Below are positions 26,175 through 38,580 of a DNA stretch of 64,000 nt, piece by piece (positions within the stretch are counted from its first letter, which is position 1; every line of letters begins with the position of its first letter). The notes beneath the pieces are model-generated. The model ran no database searches and was not told the origin of the DNA. It saw only the letters and a list, made by a program, of their open reading frames with translations. Source of the DNA: Dipteris shenzhenensis (Eukaryota); NCBI GenBank assembly GCA_047967505.1, contig CM106538.1, one strand, 5' to 3'. The position numbers were made by a program, and so were the translations under genes.

Positions 26175-29100
26175 ATGTTATGCTCATTTACCTTTTTTGC
26201 CATGATTGAGGTCATGCCAGACCATTACATAAGGATGTCTTCTATGGGATATCTCTTTCATGGTGCAATGTGCTCACTGCCAACTTTTATGTTTTGGTTC
26301 TTGTTGATAACCCCATTTTCTTTCCAAATACGTGCTTCCACCATAGGTCCATAATACTAAGAAAAGCCGCTCAAGTCGAGGCTTTGAGTATGTTTGCTCA
26401 TTGCCAACTTCTCTCATTTTTTCATTCTCGTTCATAAGCCGATCTTTCCACATACATGCTTCCACCATGGGTCCATACTACTATGAGAAGGCGCTCAAAT
26501 CGAGGCTTTGAGTATGTGCGAGTGTCTGGTTATGTATGTGTGAGAGCATATGTTTATACTATGGTGTATATCCATCATTGGGCATTGATGACATTGATGG
26601 GGATGTCATAGTAGTTAGTCCTTGCAATGTGTGGTGGAGTATATGGAAAACCACCTCTTGGTGATTGTCATGAGATTGAAACTTCATTATTTGTTTTGTT
26701 TTTAGATTGTGTGCTTGCTCATTGCCAACTTTTCTCTTTTTTTGTCCTCATTCATAATCCCATCTTATTTCCACGCTCATGCTTCCACCACAGCTCCACA
26801 CTACTTAAGAGAAGGCACTCAGGTCGAGGCATTGAGTATGTGGCATAGTCACATGCAAACCCGTTATGCCCCGTTAAAACCTCGAAATGACGAAACAGGT
26901 GAACGTTTCAAAATAGGACGAAACGCTTTCAACAAAACCTCTGTTTCATCCAAATCAAAGTACACATTTTTTGTCCCATTTTTTCTACAATCCATATACT
27001 TTTCAGTTTTGACTCCATAAATATTAAATGGTCTAAAGTTGAAACTTGAGAAAGGAGAGTGAAAGCTTGAATTTAAATAAATAAGAATGTGTTTGTGTTT
27101 TGAATTTCCTTTTTAGGTGCCTTGACTTGTATTTCTCGTTGTTCACTTTAAACTTGAGTATACCGTATCTTATTTGCCCCTATCCTTGTATATATTCAGT
27201 ATCATTTTGAATGCTATTCGAAATTTAAGAAAGGAGATTGAAAGCTTGAAGTTAAATGAATTTGAAGAATGTGTCTTGACTGTATTTTCCTTTTCAGGTG
27301 TCTTGACTGTATTTTCCTTTCTTCACTCTAAACTTGAATGTAACATATCTTATTTGTCCTTATCCCTGTATATATTAAGTATCAATTCGCAACCTATCTG
27401 TTTCGTCTAAGAAGAAACGAAACAAAATGACCTGTTTTCATTTCCCTTAACTATGGTGTAAGAAAATATGTTTTGCACTATGGTCTACATCCATTATTGG
27501 GTGTTGATGACATCAATGGGGATGTCATAGTACTTGTGTTCTCTTTTTTCCGAGCGCCCCTCAGGCAATCCTTTTATGACTGTTCCCTTCTTGGAGGCAA
27601 CTTCTGTTAATATAATTGTCGGGATTTCACCAATTTTAAAAAATGTGTGTGTATGTGTGTGGTCTTTTCTTTATTTGCTTTTTCAAGTGTTCTCTGCAGC
27701 AATCTTTTTTTGACTGCTTGCACTCACTACATCGATAAAAAAGTGTGTGTGTGTGTGTGTAACTCTTGGATCTATGGGCTCTAGGGATTTGTCATTTCTT
27801 CCATTGCTCCGTGCATCTCTCCCTTCAGGATGCACATTACATGGGAGATGTTCCTGCGGCCCAGTTAGAGGTGTTCTTTCATTGTTTCTAGTTTTGTTGT
27901 ACTGGCTGCTCCTCACTGGAGCAGCTATCATGTGTTTTCTTTTCAGTAGTAGCTGTCCCACTTTGGAACATGTATGAATGTACATTCTTCTTCATAAAAG
28001 GTTCTTTTACACAAAAAAATGTGTGTGTGTGTGTGTAAATCCTGCATTCCACTAGCTCATGTACCTAGGAGCCAACCTGTTTAGCTGGTTGTATAGAGAC
28101 TTGTATTTTATAGATTCGGAGATTGAATGATATTTTACTTATTTTGCAAGTTATCTTTTCTTGGAGTCCTGTTCAACCGAGAGAGGGAGAGAGAGAGAGA
28201 TTTTGTGTTCCTAGAATAGGACAAGCTTAGATTAGAGACTAATTGCTTTTAGTCTAGAGGCAATTCCTTTTTGTCCTTTGTTATATCTTGCCATTCAATA
28301 GAATGTCTGCGTTGGGGGTGTTCTATTTTTAAAGGCCTAGAGGGTGCACAGAATTGAACTTTTCTCTATTTTTGGCAATGAACAGCTGCTAAGGAGAAGC
28401 CTGAGTCCAGGTCGACGCTATCCTCATCAGAGGTGACTTTAAAGCGTCCACCTTTAGAGAGATATGAAGCGCCAGCTGTGGAGAAGCCTTCTGGGAGAAA
28501 ACCCTCAAGCAAGAGAACAAAGAGCGCCATCTCAGCCTCAACTTACTCTGTTGCTGACTTGCAACTCGCAACCAACTCTTTCAGTCAAGAGAACCTTATT
28601 GGTGAAGGTGCACTCGGTCGTGTGTACAAGGCTGAGCTTCCGAATGGCAAGGTAAGGTTCAGGTGGCTGTGAGCTGCTTGTGTAGACTGGTCCTATATTT
28701 CCTGAAGCTAGTATAAGCTGGCTAGTATAAGCTGCTTTCTGAGTCTGATCGATTTTTGTGCAGCTGTTAGCTGTTAAAAAGATCGACTCTTCATTTTCTT
28801 CAGTGCAGAAGGATGAGGATTTTATTGAAATTGTATCAAATATATCTCGTCTCCGCTATGCAAATATTGCTGAGCTGGTTGGGTATTGTATTGAGCATGG
28901 CCAACGACTGCTGGTTTATGAGTATTTTAGCAAAGGTACATTACATGATACGCTCCATATTGCTGATGAGACTGCAAAGAAAGACCTAACTTGGAATGTT
29001 CGTGTGAAGATTGCTTTGGGCACAGCCCGGGCCCTTGAGTAAGCTTCACTGAACTTAGTATCCGACTGCAGTCTATAACTTGTGTTCCTGTGATGGTGAC

Positions 29101-30082
29101 CTTATTTCTGTGATTGTGACCTTATTTGAAGGTATTTTGGGGGTCTGCAACTTTGTTTTTGTGCAGGTACCTTCATGAGGTTTGCCAGCCTTCTGTTGTG
29201 CACAAAAACTTGAAGTCTGCCAATATTTTACTCGATGATGAACTCAATCCTCATCTCTCTGACTGTGGAATAGCTGCATTTTCACCGAACTCAGAGCGGC
29301 AGGTACATATCAATATTTATTTGATTTCTGTTTGCATCAAACTTGAGTGAAAGCTAGCTTCCTCAAAATAGGCCCATATTCATAGCAGCGTCTTCTGCCT
29401 GCGTAATTTTAGGTCTCTACCCAGATGATGGATTCCTTTGGCTACAGTGCCCCAGAATATGCGATGTCTGGAATTTATACTTGGAAGAGTGATGTTTATA
29501 GTTTCGGTGTAGTGATGTTGGAGCTCCTGACAGGACGCAAACCTATGGACAGGTAACTGAAATGGTCCCTGCTCTTTATAAGCTGATGAGCACTTCTATG
29601 CTCTCAAATACGGAAGTCAGGAAAGCTCCCTTTTCGTAACTAACATGATGGCTGTTTGCTTGTAGTACAAGGCCGAGGGCAGAACAATCCTTGGTGAGAT
29701 GGGCAACCCCCCAGCTTCATGATATCGATGCTCTAGCAAAGATGGTTGATCCTGCTCTTAAGGGCTTATACCCTGCCAAGTCCCTTTCACGTTTTGCAGA
29801 TATTATCTCTCTGTGTGTCCAGGTTTGTTTCAGTCCTTTCTCTTCTTTCTGAATAGATTTTCTAGAGGTTTGAAAGACTAGGTACCCAGTCTGGTTATGA
29901 ATAACCTTGTCCAAATGCTGCTCTGTGCTTTGTATCAGCCCGAGCCGGAGTTCCGACCACCAATGTCAGAAGTGGTTCAGTCTTTAGTGCGACTGATGCA
30001 GCGGGCAACTCTCAACAAGAGAAGATCTGGCGAAGAACAGAGGAGCTCTGATACCCATGACCCATCAGAGGGCTCCTTGTAA
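17903..30082 (+). CDS. SRF: LRR receptor-like kinase, STRUBBELIG-RECEPTOR FAMILY (LRR-V) type; 16 exons, about 718 aa
   Basis: GT-AG exons read manually, all in frame: 17903-18002, 18223-18355, 18471-18542, 18769-18834, 19055-19126, 19204-19275, 19505-19576, 19676-19741, 19847-19912, 20019-20338, 28386-28651, 28764-29038, 29167-29302, 29413-29552, 29666-29822, 29939-30082 (2157 nt total). Encodes a signal peptide, SUB/LRR-NT domain ([16 protein letters not shown]), 66/72-bp LRR exons, Pro-rich linker ([14 protein letters not shown]), TM helix and kinase ([43 protein letters not shown]). Confidence 0.95.
22361..23700 (-). mobile_element. Copia leader/gag N-terminal fragment in RLK intron 10
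   Basis: [22 protein letters not shown] (22831-23061 ORF) followed by [32 protein letters not shown], typical of a gag N-terminus. Truncated. Confidence 0.7.
23697..23900. repeat. About 105-bp tandem duplication
   Basis: cccctcaagaggtaacattctt.cttttgca...agtatttgtggatggtct at 23697 and 23802. Confidence 0.9.
24080..25835 (-). mobile_element. 5'-truncated, decayed non-LTR retrotransposon (LINE, possibly RTE-like) in RLK intron 10
   Basis: RT C-terminal motifs ([33 protein letters not shown] in 25491-25835). Downstream VQMRDSSH and [13 protein letters not shown]...[11 protein letters not shown] resemble the LINE ORF2 C-terminal region. Short (tttgag)-type 3' tandem repeats at about 24080-24180. 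Confidence 0.75.
26020..26850. repeat. (GA)n-linked duplication and about 125-bp triplicated unit in intron 10
   Basis: agtgtcgtattcaattgtactatggcttggc(ga)n twice (26026, 26094). tgctca.tgccaactt...tcgaggc.ttgagtatgt three times (about 26271, 26395, 26716). Confidence 0.8.
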
Positions 30083-30840
30083 CTCGAAAAAGACCACAAC
30101 GGCTTCCTTGGACTTTGGAGATGAGTGATGAAAGTATGAAAGATGGGGCTGGGGGGCTTCATGATGTCTCCTCTTCTTATTCGTGTAGAAGCATTTCAGA
30201 GCCTTCTTCGAACCAAAAGATCATTGAGAAGTTTTGAAGCATGGTCTCAGACCACGTCATTCTGGACTGTCGGTGTTAGAATGATCGCTGCTTCTACAAG
30301 TGAGACAAATAACAAAAGCTGAAAAAGAGGCAGCATATGCACAGTCCAATTTGAGCTGATGCGGGAAGACAATTCCTCATAGTGACCACATGACATGGTT
30401 TTGGAAAAACTGGCAAAGGACTTTCTTTCAGCAACTAATACATACATTTTCTGGAGGACATTCCCCTTATGTGTGTTTTGATCTTTAAACTATAATTTCC
30501 TCCTATGCTGCTACTACTATTCACAAAGCCCATGTAACTAATTATGCATACATGCCTTACCTCTTCTTTGTCAAAGCATGTATGTAAGGAGGAGGCACGC
30601 AGAGAATGAGCCAGTCTTTACATTGTTCTCTTCTTCCAAATGGTAAGAGATGGAAGGAGGTGAACTGTTTCTACCATCCTTCACAAGGAGGAAAAATAAG
30701 ATTTTGTAATGTTTTATTTTGGCTACCTGGAGTGTGCACTAAATTTTCACGTTGAAGATCTAGTGGCAGTTAATGGATCTACATGATTTTTTTGACATCA
30801 AAGCCCTGGGTCCTAAGAAGAACATAATGCCAGGTAAAGA

Positions 30841-31435
30841 TTGCATACTACTCACTCTCGTGTATGCAGTATATGCAAGAAATATCACGTCAACCACCTA
30901 ATGTAATTATTTTTTTTGCTGTCATGTTAGCTGTGCTTCATTATCCACCCTTGGTGTGTGCTATCATGTGCATGTATGTAAAGTAACAATTTGATGTACA
31001 TTATTGTCCACTTCAGTAATTACTTGCTACGAAAAGATTGCATACTGCTCACTCTCTTGTGTATGCAGTATATGGAAACAATTTTCATGTCAACCACCTA
31101 ACGTTTTTGCTGTCATGTTAGCTGTATTTCATCATCCACCCTTGGTGTGTGTTATCATGTGCATGTATGTAAAACAATTTTGTTTTGTTTTGAGAGCCGG
31201 CCTAAAACAATAATTTGAATCATGCCTTGTGAACGTACATTGAGGGGGCAGAGAGAGAGAGAGACTATTATTGTCCATTGCATACTCCTCACTCTCTTGT
31301 GTATGCAGTATATGGAAACAATTTTCACGTCAACCACCTAATGTTTTTGCTGTCATGTTAGCTGTGTTTCATCATCCACCCTTGGTGTGTGTTATCATGT
31401 GCATGTATGTAAAACAATTTTGTTTTGTTTTGAGA
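30841..31435. repeat. About 200-240-bp tandem repeat, 3 copies, downstream of the RLK
   Basis: ttgcatact.ctcactctc..gtgtatgcagtatatg...gtcaaccacctaa...atccacccttggtgtgtg.tatcatgtgcatgtatgtaaa at 30841, 31038 and 31278. Confidence 0.9.
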
Positions 31436-31601
31436 TGTTTGTGGTGATTGGTTTGGACTGTGAAATTTACGCCTATGTCAAGATTGTGTGTGGTAGGAGT
31501 GAAGAGTTGATTGCTGAAGTAGGGCGATCGCTCAGCTTGGTCAAGAAACATGAGTGATTCCATAGAGAGGTGATGCCCGGGAGGCAAAAGCTGCTTTCCT
31601 G

Positions 31602-31691
31602 TTTTTGGGACGTTTATTTTGACGGGCTCGTGGGAAATTATCAAGTTACAATAATTTCCCACGAGCCCGTCAAAATAAACTGCCCGAAAAA
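31602..31691. other. Perfect 30-bp-stem inverted repeat (miRNA-like or mini foldback hairpin)
   Basis: 31612-31641 gtttattttgacgggctcgtgggaaattat is the exact reverse complement of 31651-31680. The loop is 9 nt and imperfect pairing extends about 10 nt further. Confidence 0.85.
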
Positions 31692-33242
31692 TCGACAGCC
31701 GTTGTCGTGAACAAATAATTACTCTGACGTTCTTCGAGGGACAGACAAACTGACGCTGTTAGATCACATCGAGATCTAATGGCCATCATAACAAATGTTA
31801 TCGATTTTCGACTCGATCCTATGGCCAGAAAAAGGTGCTGCTCGCGTCCCCTTAGATTCGATTTTCGATCGCGTGGCTCACAAAACTCGCTCCTTGCTCG
31901 CCTCCCCTCCTACAATGCTGGGCTGGAATCTCAGTTTTCAAGCTCTCTGGGCTGGCATTTGACTGCTAGGAGGCCCGGCTGAGCCAGCTCTCCAGCTCCA
32001 TGGGGATGCAAATAAATCCTGCGAACAGAGCTCCCCTAGTAGAGCCACTGGCTCACGCGGTGGCTCACGCGGGGAGGGCCTCTTAGCAACTATTGTCCAT
32101 GGCACGGAGTTCTTGGTAGCAACCTTAATCGAATTGCAAGTGTAATGGGAGAGCAAAGCAAGCTGATTGTTGTGCTGCAAGTGTGCTGGTATAGGAGGAG
32201 ATTTTTTTTTAAATAAATTGAGCAGGAAACTCTTTCGTTACCTTAGCTAAACCCCTAAACCTTAAACCCTTAAGAGGGCTTCGTGTTGAGCAAGGCATCA
32301 TCCCTTTCCAGCTTCTCTCCTCTACTTCTCCGCGTGACATGTGGCACTTCAAGCTTCTCTCCACCCACCACGTGGCATACTCTTCAAGGGTGAAGCCTTA
32401 ACGTGGTAGCCTGAACTTGGATATAAATAAACAAGAGACACAAGGTGTTGGAAGCACTGCCTACCATCACCAAATGGCTTTAGGCTTGTTGTCTTGTCTC
32501 AACCATGGGCTTCTTGATTAATGTTTGAAAAGCAGACAAGAGCTACCTCATCTCATCTTCTCTCAACATAATTGAGATATGGAAGAATTATGTGGTAGAC
32601 TATGGTTGTTGAGGTGGTCAAGGCTATTGAGGACATTGTATCCAATTGGAGTGATCAAAGTGGTTGAGGAGAAGGAACTTTTAAGAGCCTCTTCATTTTT
32701 CTCAAATACCAGTTTTGTTTTGCTTAAATCTCAATTTGGAGCATCCCTCTTGCTGCAATTGTACACCTTGGAGTTGAAATCCATATCATTTCCAATTGGT
32801 TTTTTTTGTGAGAAGGAGGTTAAAGGGAAAAAAATGGTTAGAGGGAAAATAAGGGGGAATATTTATAACTTTTTGATTTAAAAATTAGGGAGCCTATAGC
32901 TAAGCAGGTCGTAGGACCTCTTTAAGTATCACATTTCTAATGTTCGTCCCATCGGTTGCAAGGCCTTTACAACTCGCTCAAAAAAGTGTACAAGATGTTT
33001 TAGCTTCCAACTTCGATGTACCTCATGATGGATCTGTTTTAATGTGGAGTGACAAGAAGAGAGAGAGACCAAGCTTATCCAACTCATAAGTTTGGATTTC
33101 ATTCCACACCACACACTTAATCAATGTGTGTTCTTATACAAAAGATTAGGATTAGGGTCCTTATCCCCAATTCACTTGTCAACACCCACTCATCCATGTA
33201 GTGTGCACTCTCTTGCTTCTACTAGGAAGGGATTTTCAACAT

Positions 33243-34160
33243 CCCCTCTCAATGCCAACATGTGAAACTTACATGTTGAGGATTGCATACAAGATAACAT
33301 AGCATGCGGTAGCAAAATGCCAATGTACAAGATGCCTATTCCTCTTTCACTTAAAGGATTCCATCAGAGGTGTCATTTGACGAGCTTACAAAGTTGCCCG
33401 TCTCATGTGGCTTCTTGCAATCTTTTGCAAGATGATCGATTTCACCACAATGATGACACTTCGTAAAGGGTTTTTCAGAAAGCAATGGGCCTCATCATGA
33501 TCCTTTTTCTTACAAAGATTACATCTGAATTCATTAAAAGACTTTCTTCTTTCCATGACCCACCGATAGGGCTTGCCCTTGAATCGATGTAGACGTACCC
33601 CTCACCCTCTCCTTTCTTTGCCTTGATGTTTCGCTTTTCATCAAGCAAATCACTACTAATGCTTTTCAATTTGGGGTCAGGGAGATGCTTTAATGTTGTA
33701 ACGAGGTTCTCATACGGTTCAGGCATGCTCTTGAAGATCACAACAATCACATCCTTCTCTTCCACCTTAGCATCAATGGTGGCCAATTGGTTGTGATACT
33801 ATGGCGCTCACTTATAAAATCACTTAACTTTTCATTTTCAGAAAAGCCTAAACCAAACAATAGGAGAGTGCTTGCCACTTGCTCCATAGAGTCGATCCAA
33901 CTCATTCTAAGCTGTCTTTGATGACATGGCTCTCACCACCAAATGAATGAGCTTGGGATGAAGGTTTGGAGCAATGAAGGCCAGCGCTTGCTCTTAAGTG
34001 TCTTCCTTATCCGCAATGATGTCAATCTACTTCGTGCCTTTCACATAGGGCCACAAACCTTTATACGTTAGGAGGTATTTTACTTGGGTTTGCAAGAATG
34101 AAATCCTTCCCCATCAAATGGTTTAATGTGCCTAAAATATCTCTTTTGTCGACATTTAGA
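33243..34160 (-). mobile_element. Decayed copia gag remnant with adjacent PPT-like tract (pol absent)
   Basis: LATIDAKVEEKDVIVVIFKSMPEPYENLVTTL (33475-33786) and CCHC knuckle CHHCGEIDHLAKDC near 33420-33460. Minus-strand ttgagaggggatgttgaaa is PPT/LTR-junction-like at about 33235-33253. Confidence 0.65.
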
Positions 34161-36908
34161 CTTCAAAACTGTAATGTGAATATTCCCAAGGGAGAAAGAT
34201 GTGAAAGAGTAGAGGAGTGAGCTACAAATAAATCATTCAAAGGGAACCTCATCAAAATGAACTCCCAAGATGGTGAGAAAAATAGCCAACTTTGCAATTG
34301 ACTTGTAATAAGAACCTTAGAGCCAAAAATATTAATCTTCCATGTGTCAGATAACCAAGCCACCTTTGAACCTTAGAGAAAACTTTGGTATAGAGAATTC
34401 GTCACCCACAACGTTACATCTCATCATAGAAGGTTACGTCACTTTGAAAAGAGCTATACAATACAGGTGTCAAACGTGTTAAGATGCTCCTTCTTGTCAT
34501 AATAGCAAGTAACAAAGACTAGTAGAGTGGTTGCCAGATGCTCCTTCTTGTCATAATAGCAAGTAACAAAGACTAGTAGAGCGGTTGCCTTGACGACAAA
34601 AAATAGAGACATGCAACAGCAGTAGCAGCATGAGATCTATTCGCTAGGCGTTACTGCTGAGTAGTGGAGTCAAACAGTAGTATAGTCGCCATAGAGGAAA
34701 ACTTCAAATAAATCGGTACATATCCTGAGACAATGAATGGTCAAAGTAGGTTCTCTTTCCACTCACGGATCTCATCCAGAGTCATGAATGGTGTATCATT
34801 AACTATGTGATGCAGATAACTCCATGCTGGAGGCAGTCTGGTGCTTTGTGTTAGAGGTTTACGCGTGTACCACAATGAGAGTGTCTACCCATGAGAACAC
34901 TGTGAGAGTTGCCAAACTAGGGCTTTATGCTCGAGCTATCACTAGGATCTTACGCTAAACTATCAAAACCAAGTCATGTGAGAATATGTGTATGCCAAAG
35001 ATCAAGCCTGTAAAATAAATATGACAATTGTGTCGGGAGTGCTGTACAAGGCTGATGGATACGTGTCGGAATCAATGCCAAAAGATAGTCAGCAATGTGT
35101 GACTTTACATGGGTGGCATGTGTGTGCAAGATGTGTACAACAATCTTGAATCTGAGAGGAAGATCACTCTACTAAGTGTCACACCAAGTGATGAACTGCC
35201 AAATGCCAAGAGATTGAACTGGTGTCTATTGTGTGTGTGTATAATGATGATAGAACCTCATGGACTAACATTAGTGGGAACTAATTGGATGATATGGCAA
35301 TGGCTTAAGAACATGGCTTGGTGGAGTTTAATCTCCTCTATGGATGTACTAGTCCACAATGAGACTACACATCGAAGTGCAAAAAAGCAACAAATGGATT
35401 TTATCTTGATTCATTTTATGTGTTGGGTATGCTGCAATGGATTAGGAGGTGGTTCCTGTGATGAGGATTCAATGATGTTGACCTATGCATAAGAAAGACT
35501 ATAGATTTGAGGTGCTCATCGTGTAGATCACGATCTGCTGAGCATTTTTGCTTTTTGGAGCACCTTGAAATTCCCTCTGGATCAAAAGTTATGGGCATTT
35601 GAAATTTGCACCACACTTTGTCCAAGGAAGGGTCCAAATTGATGATGTGGTATGTGGTGATATGGCATGTGGTGATGTGCCAGTGTGATATGGCATTGGT
35701 GTTCACATGCTGCTTACCAAATTGTGCCTATGTGGCACATGTTGATGTGGCCTATTGATTGGGCATGCTATTGACATGGCACTGCCATAAGGCATGATGA
35801 TGTGGTAGGCAAGTGCAGTGGCACGAGTGACTTGGATAGCTTGCGTGTGGTAGTGCTGACGTGGACTGTCGCATGTGCTATTGATGTGGCACAAGGGTGG
35901 CCACTAATAATGTAGAAGAAAAGATAGCCACATGGTTGCCTACATGGCAGTGTGACATGGATAAAGCTAATGTGGCAGTCACTAGGGTCACCCGACATGG
36001 TAGCTTAGGTGTCAACGATGTGGCAAGAAAGCCACGTATGTTGACATTGCAGATTGGTTTGCCATGTGGTAGATAACCCTAAAGGATTCTTTTGAATCCT
36101 CGAGATTCTATCAAAATATTAAAGAATTTATTCGATGATTATTCTCTCAATGGTCACCATTTTTCGTCTGCTTCTGTTTGGTACATTTGTTGGAGTCAAT
36201 GAATGAGTTGCTCGCCTAACGGAGGTGAAGCTTGTTGTCATTGTTGCTATTGTTTATGATCCATTGGAGTGTTGTTAATGTTCGGAGGAGGAAATAGACC
36301 AATTAGCACATGAAAACAAAAGTTTCCAGGTGGAAAATATTATGCTGAAGAAGCAGCTCTCAGCATTAAAACCCATGGACGAACAACTGAAGACCATGGT
36401 AGATGTGGAGACTAAAATAATTGGCACCTTCGTGCCATATGTAGAGGTGGACAGTCTGAAAGTGCAAGTCTCAGACTACATGATAGGTTTATGGGCCCAA
36501 ATCCAAAACAGACTGCAAAGACAACCAGTGCAAGCCTAAGACTATCAGAAAGAAGCCACAGCAAACTTCCTGTTGAGAAAACAGGTGGAGGAATTGCAAA
36601 AAGAAGTCTATCACTTGAAGTCCAAGAGTTAAAGTCGTGGCTAATGAAGGCTTTGATCTAGGTGTTTTTGATGAGACATGCTCACTTTGATCCACTATGT
36701 GGGTCGTTGAATCACGTTGTAGTGCGAGTTTAGGAGCTGGGGCGCTTGCGTTGCCCATTGGGCCTAGTCTACACGTTGTACATTTGGTTCTATGTGGTCG
36801 TTGGAGTGCATGGCATGGAGGCGCGTAGCCTGAGGACTAAGCCACCTTGACAACTAAGATTTGTTGTGGTGCTGTCAGTTGCTCGACGGCTATAGAGTTG
36901 TTGGCTAT

Positions 36909-37734
36909 GAGCCGTGGGCTAGGTTGAAGGTGACTTATACATTGCAGTAGTCATTGATGGCCACGTTTGTTGAGGAAATTGTTTGAGGTGCTAGTCGGTT
37001 GGCATTGTGCAGGACCCTGAGTCACTGGCGTTCTTAGAGTGCCAAAGCCACCATTGAGGGGTTGTCTTGCTTGTTTGTTGAAGGCGTCATGCGCTTTGGA
37101 GCTTCGACTGGAAATTGCTTGTGGTCCTTTAATAGTTTACTAGTTTATGTGTCGTTCCAATCGACGGGGCCGTTGTTGAAGTTGATGTGGAGTAGAGCTC
37201 ACCGGTTGGCTAAGTTGCCACTTCTAGGAGCTCGATTGTTGAAGGTTGTTGCTAAGGCTACTATTGTGCATTGGAGGAGGTGTTTGGAGTCGCATCCGGT
37301 GTTGAAGTCGTTGTAGGCTGTGAGCCGTGGGCTAGGTTGAAGGTGACTTATACATTGCAGTAGTCATTGATGGCCATGTTTGTTGAGGAAATCGTTTGAG
37401 GTGCTAGTCGATTGGCGTTGTGCAGGACCCTAAGTCACTGGATCTCTTAGAGTGCCAAAGCCACCCCGTTGAGGGGTCGTCTTGCTTGTTTGTTGAAGGC
37501 GTCATGCACTTTGGAGCTTCGACTGGAAATTGCTTGTGGTCCTTCAATAGTTTACTAGTTTATGTGTCGTTCCAATCAACGGGGCCGTCGTTGAAGTTGA
37601 TGTGGAGCAGAGCTCAGTGGTTGGCTAAGTTGCCACTTCTAGGAGCTCGATTGTTGAAGGTTGTTGCTAAGGCTACTATTGTGCATTGGAGGAGGCGTTT
37701 GGAGTCGCATCCGATGCTGAAGTCGTTGTAGGCT
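36909..37734. repeat. About 413-bp tandem duplication
   Basis: Units start gagccgtgggctaggttgaaggtgacttatac at 36909 and 37322. ORFs 37062-37316 and 37420-37731 are near-identical. Confidence 0.9.
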
Positions 37735-38321
37735 CTTGGTTGTAATTCCCCAGGTAAGATGGCATGAAAGAGCTCCAAAGCGTGCTAAGAGAATGCTAGA
37801 AGCTTTGGACAAAGAGTGTGCGAGCAAAAGGTGCCAATTGCAGAGAGAGATACTCGAAGAATGTGTAGGTTGGACCTAGAAATGCACCAAACAGAGATCC
37901 GAGATAGGAGGTCACTCCTTATTTGTTTGTCTCTCTGTGAATGAATATTTCTCTCAAATTGAAACCAGATTTCTCCATCTAAGAAGATGAATATACATCT
38001 CTCACACTAAGGAGATCTATCATGAACAACTCTCAAAGACCATAATCACTCAAGGAATGAAAACTAGAGCTCCAAATGGCTAAATCAAAAGCGTCTTAAA
38101 CCAAAACAAAGGTGAGAAGCAACTCTACAAGAGCTAGAGAAGGAACGAAGATGCCTTAAAGGGAGGGCTTGTGCCTTGACTATAGTAAGGGCTTATACTC
38201 TCTCTCACACATTCCTCTCATAGAGATGAGCCTCATGAATCTCGCTTTCAGAGAAGGAGGATGCCTTGCGGAAGGAGGGCTTGGTGTCTTAACGAGATGC
38301 AAGGGCTTAGGAGCACCTAGT

Positions 38322-38343
38322 GCTCTGATACCATGATAAAGTG

Positions 38344-38433
<90 letters not shown>

Positions 38434-38580
38434 ACAATATAGCTATCTGTACACTATGTTGTATTGAACATAAATATGAATATATACATGAGTACCCCTT
38501 AGGATTAGGGTTAGGATTGCCCCTAATGCCCTATCTAGATAGTGCAATTAACACTTCCTTAGAGACTAAGAGATTTTACA
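38322..38580 (-). mobile_element. PBS plus putative 5' LTR of an LTR retrotransposon remnant
   Basis: Perfect minus-strand TGGTATCAGAGC at 38322-38333, immediately next to a TG...CA-bounded segment (38334 to about 38580) containing a long (GA)n. Partner LTR not found. Confidence 0.6.
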
